Shown in pieces: positions 49,517-58,870 of a DNA stretch of 64,000 nucleotides. This DNA comes from an uncultured Thermoplasmata archaeon (lineage in GTDB: Archaea > Thermoplasmatota > Thermoplasmata > RBG-16-68-12). The position numbers and the translations under genes were made by a program. The DNA lies in the NCBI GenBank assembly GCA_963768855.1, contig CAVYJM010000006.1, positions 992,001-1,056,000 on the forward strand, given 5' to 3'. The notes beneath the pieces were generated by a model. It saw only the letters and a program-made list of their open reading frames with translations. It did no database searches and was not told the origin of the DNA. Every line of letters starts with the position of its first letter. Within the stretch, counting starts at the first letter, position 1.

Positions 49517-50500
49517 TCAGGCTCGGCCGAGGGCTTCGCGGACCTCAGCGTGCGCCTGCTTGACCTGCTTCCTAGCGTAGTAGCGCTCGGTCGTGGCAGT
49601 CGTCCTGTGCCTCATTGAGACGCTGACAGCGTCCAGCGGGGCCTGTTGGTCGATAGCCACCTGCCCGAATGTCGCCCTGAAGGTCTTGAGGTGGAACTTG
49701 AGGCGCGCGCGCCTTTCAATCTGGGCCTTCAACTTGCGCATCATCGCCTCCGACCAATAGCCAAGGCCGCCATCGGCGTGACGGAACGGGATGAGTGCCT
49801 CGTGGTAGTCACCTTTCAGGAACCGCTCCCTCGCGTCCAGGAAGTCCCGCAGGGCCAGCATCCCGTCGTCGGAGATGGGCGCGGTCTCGGAGTGTCCTTC
49901 GTTCCACGCGCCTTCTCCCTTAGGATGGCACACGAGGACCTCCTTGTTCTCGAAGTCGACACAGGTGAGGTCCTGTAGCGTTAGTTCCTTCGGCCTCAGG
50001 CCCGTCGCGGGCGCGAAGCGGACGATGAAGCGCGCAACATCTCCCCACCAGCCCTCGTAGCCCTCCACCGCGAGGCGGAGCGCTTTGAGTTGCTCAGGTG
50101 TCAGCGCTTCTGGCGGCTTCTGTGAAGGCCTCGGGAGCCTGTATTGCGGTTTGGTCTTCAGTTGGCCCACGGCGCCGTTGCCACAGAAGGCGAGGAAGCC
50201 CTTGAGCGCACGGAACAGGTGGACTTGGCTCGTCCCGCTTAGGGTGCCGTCCTTGTTCTTGCCCCGCTTCCTTCGGGTGCGCCAGTAGCCGAGCAGGTTT
50301 CCGATGTCGTCCACGGTCATCGCCCTCGGGTTCGTCGTGGATAGCCTGCCACGCTCGCGGAGGAACTTCGCGTCCTCGTTGATGGTGTTGAGGTCCCTGC
50401 GGAGTTGCTCCAGCGTGACGGACGCTCGGTGGTCACGCAACGCGTCCAAGTAGTCGTCGCTCAGCGCAGAGAACGGGTATCGCCCGTGTGGGTTAGGCAC
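49517..50500 (-). CDS. Tyrosine recombinase/integrase
   Basis: TGLRPKEL (R), HPKG (K), LKTFR (KxxR), MRH, TERYY (Y). Start uncertain: GTG 50500 preferred, frame open to 50767. Confidence 0.93.
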   Translation of the reverse strand: MPNPHGRYPFSALSDDYLDALRDHRASVTLEQLRRDLNTINEDAKFLRERGRLSTTNPRAMTVDDIGNLLGYWRTRRKRGKNKDGTLSGTSQVHLFRALKGFLAFCGNGAVGQLKTKPQYRLPRPSQKPPEALTPEQLKALRLAVEGYEGWWGDVARFIVRFAPATGLRPKELTLQDLTCVDFENKEVLVCHPKGEGAWNEGHSETAPISDDGMLALRDFLDARERFLKGDYHEALIPFRHADGGLGYWSEAMMRKLKAQIERRARLKFHLKTFRATFGQVAIDQQAPLDAVSVSMRHRTTATTERYYARKQVKQAHAEVREALGRA

Positions 50501-50810
50501 GCGGACGAACTTCCCTCTGCCATTCCTGTGCTGTCGACAGCGTCTCCCGGTTGTCCCGTGGGTGTTTCCTTCGGCTTCCAAAGTCGAAGCACGGGTTCTT
50601 TCTCCTAGAGACAAGCGAAGTGTCCCGTCTTCGCTCGCCTTCGGAGAACCCATTGACCTGTGGGAGGTTAATGGCTTCGGCCCCGTTCGTCGAGTTGAAC
50701 GCCCCCGCGCCTTCTCGGGTTTGGGTTCGGCGTCTGGCGTCTGGTGACGGCGGGCTAGCGAGAACAAGGGCGTGGCGGTACGGCTCCCGTGGCCGCCCGC
50801 CTCGCGTCAT
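50493..50810 (-). CDS. Hypothetical 105-aa ORF upstream of the integrase
   Basis: Its stop overlaps the integrase GTG; TTTATA-like box on the minus strand at about 50892-50899. Confidence 0.4.
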   Translation of the reverse strand: MTRGGRPREPYRHALVLASPPSPDARRRTQTREGAGAFNSTNGAEAINLPQVNGFSEGERRRDTSLVSRRKNPCFDFGSRRKHPRDNRETLSTAQEWQREVRPRA

Positions 50811-51388
50811 ACAGACCCCTGCCTTCGTCGCGGCCGTGGACCAGCCGTGACCCGCCGAGTACTGCCATCAATCTTACTAGGCGAAGATCCCCTATAAACA
50901 ATCGGGTCATGGCGGTCCGCAATCGGTGCGCCCTGCCTGGGCTTCCCGTCATGACCGCAGATCCTAGAGAGGCTGGGCGGGTATCCCAACCGTGGCTTGG
51001 CCGAGCATGGCAGCCCCGGGAATCTTTTTTATGCGGCTCCACGATAAATGTGCTCTCCTGAGGAAACGATTAGGACGGCTCTCCGGGCCTCTGCGCGTGA
51101 GGAATGGCTGTAATGCGTCCTAATGCGTTGCTAGGGGCCTTCGCGGGGCGCTTGCGGGAGTTCGCCCCATCTGAGGACGCTTGATCGCAAGCCCCCCCAT
51201 CTGGCGGGCCTCGGTGATGGTCTGGGCAAGGATCGGCCTTCGGTGGGTCGGGTGCTATCAGTGTCAGTGATGAAAGTGCCAGCGACGCGTTTATGCCCTC
51301 TGCAACCAATGGAATTGCAGAAGCGCTCCGGAAGCTTTCTTCGTCCTTGCGTGGCCCGGGGCGTTCCATGTTAAGGGAGGACTTGCCC

Positions 51389-51667
51389 ATGAGACGACCC
51401 ACCCCTGCCCAATGGGAACGTTGGGAGCGAATCCGGCGCGAGAACGATGAGCGTGAGCGGCGCGAAGGGACGTATTGCCGCATCACGGAAGGTCCGGCTA
51501 CGGACTATGAGGAACGCAAGGAGAGCCAGCAGGAAGCAGACCAGTTCGAGCGGGCGATCCCCATCCTGGTCGTGGACGATGAGTTCGTGCTCCTGGAGAG
51601 GCCCGACGGGGGAGTCGTCCAGGCCCGAATCCTCGGGCGGAGGCGGCGGTCCCCGCCGAAGGGGTGA
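51389..51667 (+). CDS. Orphan 92-aa charged protein
   Basis: GGAGG SD before ATG 51389; MRRPTPAQWERWERIRRENDER. Confidence 0.65.
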   Translation: MRRPTPAQWERWERIRRENDERERREGTYCRITEGPATDYEERKESQQEADQFERAIPILVVDDEFVLLERPDGGVVQARILGRRRRSPPKG

Positions 51668-51674
51668 ATCGTCG

Positions 51675-51794
51675 ATGAAATGGACCGTCCCCGGTGCGAT
51701 CGTCGATGAGGCGCTTGCCCCCTGGGTCGAGTTCGCCCTGGTCGATCCCCGTACAGGCCGAGTGGTGCTCCGAGTGACCGACGCCGAGGTGTGA
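51675..51794 (+). CDS. Orphan 39-aa protein
   Basis: GGGGTGA SD; MKWTVPGAIVDEALAPWVEFALVDPRTGRVVLRVTDAEV. Confidence 0.55.
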   Translation: MKWTVPGAIVDEALAPWVEFALVDPRTGRVVLRVTDAEV

Positions 51795-52079
51795 GCCTAT
51801 GCGCTGTCGAGTCGGCTGGTGATCGAGCTCTGGTCCACCTAGCACACGGCAACCCTTCCGCCCGTCCGGTGCAAGCCTATTCAGCTCCGCGTCTGGGAAG
51901 TTGCGAGCAGCCGTTCACGGAATCGTGCCGAGGGCTCCGCCCCCATTCGTTGAGCCCGCAATGGAGCCATCGCCGACAAGGGGTGTTTCCTCGGCAGTCG
52001 AAACTCGACTGACAGCATCCGTGTCGGCGCGCCAGGGAAAGGTTTATAGGAACGCGATTCTACCTTGTCTTGGAGAGAT

Positions 52080-52295
52080 ATGAGGATAGTTGCCTGCGAT
52101 GTCTGCGGCAGGACGGACGGTGTCCACGCATACCACATCACCGTCTTTAACGGAAGTGTGCGTGTGAGGGGCAAGCCTCTGGGCGACCTCTGCGACACGG
52201 ACCTGAGGCGGCGCCTGAATCTCCTCGACCTGCCTCTCCCCAAGCTCGGACGTCCCCCGAAGAACCAGACGAAGAAGACGAGCAACCCGCGGTAG
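52080..52295 (+). CDS. Small Zn-binding protein with AT-hook-like tail
   Basis: CDVCG...DLC, GRPPK; TTTATA box at about 52043 and GGAG SD. Confidence 0.65.
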   Translation: MRIVACDVCGRTDGVHAYHITVFNGSVRVRGKPLGDLCDTDLRRRLNLLDLPLPKLGRPPKNQTKKTSNPR

Positions 52296-52426
52296 AATCG
52301 ACCACGCTCTGGGATGATCGTCTCATCGCGGTTGGATTGGCCCAGCCTTTCGTCCTTGAGCGCACTCGTCTGGCTTCCTTGCGCGCTTCCGAACAGCGCG
52401 TTCCGGAGGGCGCCTCTCGATGCGGC

Positions 52427-52840
52427 TCAAATCTGCTCTCGGCCGTAGCGCATCCGAGGATCAAGGCGACCGCACAGAATGTCGGTCTTCAAGGCAACAA
52501 CGCCCATGATCGAGGCGACTAGAAAGACCCCTAAGAGGACCGGGTAGTCGCGAGTCGTCGCAGAGTCGAACAGTAGCCTTCCCAACCCCGGCCAGGCGAA
52601 GATGACTTCGATAAGTACCGCGCCAATCAGAGAGTATCCCAACCAGAGCCCCGCGAGGGTGACGGTCGGCAGGGATGCGTTCTTCAACAAGTAGCGCGGG
52701 AATACAGACGTCTTCCTAAGTCCTGTCGCCCGGAGGGTGGTCACGAAGTCCTCGTCCAGGGTTTCGATGACGCTTGAGCGAGTCAACTGGTAGAACTGCG
52801 GCACGTAGAACGTCACCATGGAGGCGATTGGCATTACCAT
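52427..52840 (-). pseudogene. DppB/OppB permease, C-terminal fragment
   Basis: LTRSSVIETLDEDFVTTLRATGL, IEVIFAWPGLGRLL, RDYPV, LDPRMRY; N-terminal half absent. Confidence 0.85.
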
Positions 52841-53543
52841 CTGGCCTGTCAATGCACGTATCATGCGTGCGAGCGTGCTCTCCTTGAAGGAGCGGCAGTT
52901 CGTTCGGGTGTCCTCCCGCGTCGTGAGCATCCTGGAGCAAGTGGGACTGAGTCCCGTGGACGCGTTCATGCACAAGTACCCGACAGAGCTCAGCGGAGGC
53001 CAGCGCCAGCGGATGGCAATCGCGAGGGCCCTCGTTGTCAAACCGGACTTCGTCCTCGCGGATGAGCCCGTTTCGATGTTGGATGTCTCGGTCGCGTCCG
53101 GCATCCTCAATCTGATGCCTGATCTACGTCAGCAGTACAAGACTGCCTTCCTGTTCATCGTGCACGACCTGGCCGTCGCACGGTACATAGGCGATCGAAT
53201 CGCTATCATGCATCGTGGCAAGATCGTCGAGCTCGGATATGCAACCGACGTTGTCGGGAATCCATTTCATCCATATACCCCGCTGCTGCTCTCAGCCGTA
53301 CCTGTCACTGACGTCTTGGAGGGACGCGGGCGCGTCGAGACTTGCTCCGATGTTGTCGTCAGGGAGTATGCGGCAATTGGATGCAGATTCTAGTACCAGT
53401 GCCAATGGGTGATGGACATCTGCCGAGACGCGGTTCCGGAGTTGATGCAGCCCGAGAACGGACACACCGTAGCTTGCTACAAGTGCCCGTCCGGAGGCGT
53501 AACCGGTGACGCGGCCTCGGTCGCATCCACTCAGTCGCAGTAG
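52830..53543 (+). pseudogene. Chimeric DppC fragment fused to the C-terminal half of DppF, with internal TAG
   Basis: WPVNARIMRASVLSLKERQFV joined to LSGGQRQR, ADEP, HPYT; no Walker A; TAG 53391 interrupts GCRF*YQC...HTVACY. Confidence 0.85.
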
Positions 53544-53642
53544 CCGAGACCAAGTTGACAACGAGATGGCACTGAGAGAGCACTGGCATCGGTCTGCGCG
53601 TCTGTTGTCCTCAGCTCAGTGTCAACGCTGTCCAGAAACGCG

Positions 53643-54737
53643 TCAGCCTGCCGATTGTGCCATCCGAAGCAGCTTCCGTGCAGGCACGTACCGGCCCGGG
53701 TAGCCCATTGCACGGAGGGCGTCAGAAAACAGCACTGATGCTGCCTTCGATCTCCACTCCTTCTGTGCCTCGACCACGAGAACGACCACTTCATCGTTCG
53801 GCCTCAGGTCCGCGTTAGTGGTTGCTGAGCCGTCCGGCGTCATATAGCAGATGCGATCGGGAGCGAGTGCAGCGGGGCGTTGGTTCCGCAATGCAATCAT
53901 ATTCTCGTTCATCGACTTCACCCTGACATGGCATCCACGATATTCGCCTGTGCCTCGAACGTCGAGTAGTCCAAACGTGTAGCTTCCCTTGCTCTCAGTC
54001 TTGACGCGCTCCACACGTCCGCGCACAAGGATTGCCCCGCCCATTTTGCCCAGCACGGCAGGGACCGGATCCTGTTCCGACGCGACTGCTTCGCGTATGG
54101 CCCTGCCGACTTCTTGTGCTAGGGAGATGGTGCCGGAGATGCACACGCGCTTGGCAATACGGCCGCTCACTCGGTAGCAGGCAAGCCCGGCGAGCCATCC
54201 AAAATCCTCCAGCGCCGAAAGCGCGAGCCTCTCAGCCAGTGCATAACTGTCGGTTCTGATCACCACAGTCTCTCCTGGCGCGTTTCCAAGTGCCATTGGA
54301 GTAAGATGGATGCCCTCGGCAAAGAGAAGCGACTGATTGAGGTGGGGAATAGCCCGTCCCGCACCATCGGCGTCGACGAGGGTGACTGGAGCGTGGGCTG
54401 CGACGGTCATCGGAGTAAGAAAGTTGAATCCACTTGCCTCAACCGGGAGCACGTACTGAATCCGTTCTCCGATCGACTCTTCAAGGGAGGCGAAGGCGCT
54501 CTGCGCCTGCGTCGTGAACGGGATACGTAGCATGGCTTCAGGTGACCCCATGCCCGCAACAGTCACCACTGACGCCTGGTCCTGGACTCCGGAGAGTGGA
54601 GTCATCTGAATAGACTTCCTCCGGAGCCAGCCATCGGCAAGTGCTTTGGCAGCTCGGAAGGATCCACCGCCTCCAGTGCCGAGAATCGTCCCACCCAAAG
54701 CAATATCGAGGAACTCTTTGTACCCGAGCGATCTCAT
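53643..54737 (-). CDS. DUF917-family protein
   Basis: GGTILGTGGGG, GMGSP, PVEASG, DADGAGRAIP, APDRIC. Confidence 0.88.
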   Translation of the reverse strand: MRSLGYKEFLDIALGGTILGTGGGGSFRAAKALADGWLRRKSIQMTPLSGVQDQASVVTVAGMGSPEAMLRIPFTTQAQSAFASLEESIGERIQYVLPVEASGFNFLTPMTVAAHAPVTLVDADGAGRAIPHLNQSLLFAEGIHLTPMALGNAPGETVVIRTDSYALAERLALSALEDFGWLAGLACYRVSGRIAKRVCISGTISLAQEVGRAIREAVASEQDPVPAVLGKMGGAILVRGRVERVKTESKGSYTFGLLDVRGTGEYRGCHVRVKSMNENMIALRNQRPAALAPDRICYMTPDGSATTNADLRPNDEVVVLVVEAQKEWRSKAASVLFSDALRAMGYPGRYVPARKLLRMAQSAG

Positions 54738-55029
54738 CGCGACACCTCAAGCGACTGACTCTATTTATGCCTAGGCATCCCCGTTCGCGGGCATGGGACG
54801 CCGTGGAATACATGGACGGAGCCTGACAACAGGGGGACTAGGCGGACCCTTACAGCGGAGTCTAGTCAACTCTGCCAGCACCTTATGTTGGCCACAGCTT
54901 GGCTGGACGTCGCGCTGCGCGAGCTGGTCCGCTCCCTGGGTCCGAGCCCGATGCATCAGATCTGTCATCTGAGCTTCTCCTCACCATAGCAGTTGCTTAC
55001 GGCCGAGGCCCCCGCATGAGACTCGCCGT

Positions 55030-55818
55030 CTAGAAAGACGCGACCGGGCATGCTGCCGTGATCCCCCCGTCAATCGAGAAGACTGCACCGGTGACATACG
55101 CCGACCGATCGCTTGCCAAAAACAACATCAGCTCTGCAATCTCCTCAGCCGTCCCGAGACGTTTCAGAGGATGGGAGTCTGCGAGCGCCTTTTGCAGCTT
55201 GTCTCGATCGGGAGCAGCGTCGAGCACTTGATCAAGCATCCGTGTATGCAGAGTTGAGGTTGGGGCAACTGCATTGACCCGAATGTTACGATCCCCATAT
55301 TCAATTGCGAGTGCCCTCGTCAGTTGTATGACACCACCCTTCGAGGCACAATATGCGCCGAGATTTGCAAAGCCAACGATTCCTGCATCCGAAGCTGTGT
55401 TGATGATCACCCCCCCGTTCGCACTCAGAAAGTGAGGTATCACATGCTTCGACATCAGGAAAGCTCCCTTGAGATTCGTGTCAATGATGTCGTCCCAAAG
55501 AGCCTCGGATGTCTCGATGATCTTTGCGACCCTCGCGATGCCGGCGTTGTTCACGAGAATGTCTATCCCCTTGAAGGCCTTCAGAGTCTCATCGACGGCG
55601 TGCTTCACTTGGGCCTCATTCCTGACATCTGTCTCAATAAAGAGCGCCTTGCCCCCCGTCCGTTCAACCATGTCTACCGTCTCTCGGCTCCAAGCAGGAT
55701 CCAAGTCGATTACCGCAATCGATGCTCCCTCCTTCGCGAAGCGAAGTGCCGTCGCACGTCCGATGCCTGATGCCGCCCCCGTGATTGCCGCGGTCCGGCC
55801 TGAGAGCTCCATGAACAC
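55030..55818 (-). CDS. Short-chain dehydrogenase/reductase
   Basis: TGAASGIG, NNAG, YCASK. Confidence 0.95.
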   Translation of the reverse strand: MFMELSGRTAAITGAASGIGRATALRFAKEGASIAVIDLDPAWSRETVDMVERTGGKALFIETDVRNEAQVKHAVDETLKAFKGIDILVNNAGIARVAKIIETSEALWDDIIDTNLKGAFLMSKHVIPHFLSANGGVIINTASDAGIVGFANLGAYCASKGGVIQLTRALAIEYGDRNIRVNAVAPTSTLHTRMLDQVLDAAPDRDKLQKALADSHPLKRLGTAEEIAELMLFLASDRSAYVTGAVFSIDGGITAACPVASF

Positions 55819-55946
55819 CGATCAGGCATCGTCGGCTGAGTACAAAACTGTTTTCAGAAAGTCCTTGTTCCGAGAGCTGGAGCCGCGACAGGACTCGCCT
55901 CGAGCCACACGGATTCGTTAAATATGTTCATTCTGATTACTTCTCC

Positions 55947-56972
55947 ATGTCACGTAGGCGCTTGAAACTCTCGTCCCTTGGTGGAGTGCCGATGAGACCC
56001 GCATGGCGAACAACTGGGGTCATCAAGGTCGCGGAGCACCCGGACGGCTCCGCGGAGACCATTCCTTTCGTAGTTGTCACAGGAGCCGCGGAAGGTCCGT
56101 CTCTCTGGATAACGGCGTGTGAACACGGCGACGAGGTACTTAGCGCGAGTGCTGTCGTAGAGTTCATGAGCCGGCTCGATCCCAACGAGGTCAAGGGTCA
56201 GGTTGTCGCCTTGCCCGTCCTTGACAGCACGGCATTCAACATCAAGCGGCGGTTCAGTCCTATCGACAGCTATGACTTCAGTAGGGCGTGGCCAGGCTTC
56301 AAAAACGGTTGGTTGGCGCAGCAGGTTGCCGTTAGGATGTTCGAGCTTCTGAAGGCTCATGCTGACTTCGTGATCGATGTTCACAACGGAATGCCTGGAA
56401 TCTCTGAAGTGGCTCCGTACATGATTGCAGGCTACGAGAGGAGGGAGCAGTGGGAATCTACGATCAAAGGTTTTGCCGAATCCTTTCTCTTCGAGAAGAT
56501 TATCCACTGGGTCGGAACGTCCACTGAACGAGGAGCGCGGACATCAACGATGATGGCGGCGCTCGTCAAAGAGGGGATTCCATCGTTCGTGCCTGAAATC
56601 GGACCCGATACCAACACGGGCACCAAGGTCGCACTTCGAGGCTTCGAGAACTCAATGAAGTACCTCGGAATGCTTGAGGGCGAGCCCAAGAGGTTGCCCA
56701 ATTACATGGCCTTCCCTGATGTGATTCACGTCTTCTCGACGAGGGGCGGTCTATTCAAATCGCACGTGAGCCTTGAGGACGAAGTCAAGGAAGGGCAAAA
56801 GCTAGCTTCAATCCGTAACTTCACTGGCGAGATCACTGAAGAGCTGGTGAGCCCAGCGGCAGGTATTGTCATCGCTATCTGGGTACTCCCGATGATAGGA
56901 TCAGGTGATTTCTCCGCGTACGAGATTGCGACATTCGACGAATTCAGGAAGCCTTGGCCTGGCGAACGATAG
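55947..56972 (+). CDS. Succinylglutamate desuccinylase/aspartoacylase-family (M14-like) deacylase 1
   Basis: CEHGDE, IDVH, PEIG, C-terminal biotinyl-lipoyl-like STRGG...V.EGQ. Confidence 0.88.
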   Translation: MSRRRLKLSSLGGVPMRPAWRTTGVIKVAEHPDGSAETIPFVVVTGAAEGPSLWITACEHGDEVLSASAVVEFMSRLDPNEVKGQVVALPVLDSTAFNIKRRFSPIDSYDFSRAWPGFKNGWLAQQVAVRMFELLKAHADFVIDVHNGMPGISEVAPYMIAGYERREQWESTIKGFAESFLFEKIIHWVGTSTERGARTSTMMAALVKEGIPSFVPEIGPDTNTGTKVALRGFENSMKYLGMLEGEPKRLPNYMAFPDVIHVFSTRGGLFKSHVSLEDEVKEGQKLASIRNFTGEITEELVSPAAGIVIAIWVLPMIGSGDFSAYEIATFDEFRKPWPGER

Positions 56973-57127
56973 CGATGTCGGCTATCCTACGTTGACAACC
57001 CTCTCCGAAATATCCGTAAGCGTGGTGCGTGAGGTCCAGCGGGTCGCATGACGTCGTTCGATTGGCATGCGCCCGCTCCGAGGTATTATCCCTGACAAGC
57101 CGCTACTCCCACCGAGGTGGTGTATTC

Positions 57128-58375
57128 ATGGAACGGATCGATGCGGATGTACTCATCCCGGGACGTGGGGATGTGGTGAAGAACGGTTGCGTGGTTTTGG
57201 ATGGGAAAGCAATTGCCTACTCAGGTCCCATCGAAAGCGCTCCCAACACCCCCGCCGACACCATAGTCCACAACGTGCCCGTCATCATGCCGGGGATGTG
57301 GGATTGCCATGCGCATTTCATGGGGCTGAAAACCGCGGATCTCAGCGAAGCCGCCAGGAGCTCGCCGCAGGTGACGGTTGTGCGAGCTGCCAAAGACGCA
57401 GAGCTCGCGCTACGGGCGGGCTTTACGAGTGTTCGCGAGGCTGGCGGGTATGGAGTCTTCCTTGCCCGCTCCGTGGAAGAGGGGACGCTGAAAGGGCCCC
57501 ACATTTATGGATCTGGGGCTATCCTCAGCGCCACCGGCGGTCACGGGGATCTCCACTCATATCCACTGGATTGGGTGCTCTCCATGGCCTCTTCGGTGGG
57601 CTTCCTCGGCCTCTGCGATGGAGTCGATCAATGCTTCAAGGCCACCCGAAGCCAGCTTCGGCTAGGCGCGCGAGTAATCAAAGTCTGTGCCTCTGGAGGC
57701 GTTCTCAGCACCTTTGACAGCCCCGTTCATCAGCAGTTCACGGACGCCGAACTGAGGGCAATCGTAGAAGCTGCGGGCATGGCGGACCGCATCGTCATGG
57801 CTCATTGCCATGGAAAGGCTGGCATTATGGCCGCTTTGAACGCAGGATGCCATTCCATTGAGCACGGCTCTTACCTCGATGACGAAGCAGCGGAGTTGAT
57901 GGTCCTCAGGAAGGCGATACTGGTTCCTACGCGGTTCATTATCAATCGCCTCCGCGACTTCGCTGAGGTGGCTAAGTTGTCAGACGTATCCTGTCGCAAG
58001 CTCGATCTCCTCGCGGATCATCACAAGGAGGCAATGCGGCTTGCCGTAAGGAAGGGGGTGCGAATCGCCCTGGGGACGGACATCCAGACCTCCGGCATGG
58101 ATACGGCAGTTCCCTGGGGTATGAACGCCTCGGAACTCCGATGCCTCGCCGAGGCGGGCATGACCTCCCTCCAGGCGCTCGAGGCTGCAACGGCCACGGG
58201 GCCGCTCACCTTGGGGCCACAGGCCCCGAAGTCGGGCCAGCTCAAGGAAGGCTACGACGCGGACATACTCGCAGTCGTGAAGAACCCTCTCCAAGACCTC
58301 TCCGTGCTGACGAACCCGGCTAACATTACGGAGATTTGGAAGTCCGGGGCCCTCGTAAAGGATCTGTCCGGGTGA
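57128..58375 (+). CDS. Metal-dependent amidohydrolase (Xaa-Pro dipeptidase/ochratoxinase-like)
   Basis: PGMWDCHAH, IKVCASGG, AHCHG, SIEHG, GTD; GAGGTGG SD. Confidence 0.92.
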   Translation: MERIDADVLIPGRGDVVKNGCVVLDGKAIAYSGPIESAPNTPADTIVHNVPVIMPGMWDCHAHFMGLKTADLSEAARSSPQVTVVRAAKDAELALRAGFTSVREAGGYGVFLARSVEEGTLKGPHIYGSGAILSATGGHGDLHSYPLDWVLSMASSVGFLGLCDGVDQCFKATRSQLRLGARVIKVCASGGVLSTFDSPVHQQFTDAELRAIVEAAGMADRIVMAHCHGKAGIMAALNAGCHSIEHGSYLDDEAAELMVLRKAILVPTRFIINRLRDFAEVAKLSDVSCRKLDLLADHHKEAMRLAVRKGVRIALGTDIQTSGMDTAVPWGMNASELRCLAEAGMTSLQALEAATATGPLTLGPQAPKSGQLKEGYDADILAVVKNPLQDLSVLTNPANITEIWKSGALVKDLSG

Positions 58376-58870
58376 GTTCGAGGATCTGAATCTTCTCGAA
58401 CAAAGCTCCTTTGTGTGGGAGGCCACGCGCGCGAAACCCAATGTCAACCGCTTCTCAGGCGACTGACTCCGATTTGCTCGGGAACATGTGCCAGCGATGG
58501 GGAACGAGCACGTACGGGAGACCGTTGGGAGGAATTGAATGCACAGCTCGTGCCCGGCTCGCCTTACTTGTGCGCTCGGTCGAGGCCGTCTACAGGCGCT
58601 CCGTCCGATTAGGGGGTGGACGCCACTGGGCCGAAAGGACCGCCGGCGCATGACATCAAGTCCGTGAAGACAACGCCGAGGCAGATACACTTCCACCTCG
58701 CACGTGATGGGCAATAGAAGCAGTCTGGGGAATTCCTTCCGTGGGCTTCGGGCGGCTAGCCGTATGGAGGACAATGACGCCGATGCTTTTCCACAAATCG
58801 GGGCGCTGGACCCTCAGTCGAGCGCAGGATTCGTCAAGCAGAAAGTAGAAGCCCTCGCTCGGCCGGGAGT

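Noticed and set aside
50501-50767. 89-codon N-terminal extension of the integrase given by the ORF track
   Set aside because: Not protein-like, and it overlaps the 50493-50810 ORF whose stop abuts GTG 50500. Cannot be fully excluded.
51058-51180. CTGAGGA motifs as hammerhead cores, and GAGGAAA as an RNase P RNA start
   Set aside because: No stem II followed by GAAA, no GAGGAAAGTCC, and no RNase P 3' consensus.
52421-52447. TGCGGCTCAAATCTGCTCTCGGCCG resembling the tRNA-Asn T-arm as a possible attR
   Set aside because: About 8 mismatches in 25 nt, and it is the reverse complement of the natural dppB C-terminus (RYGREQI*).
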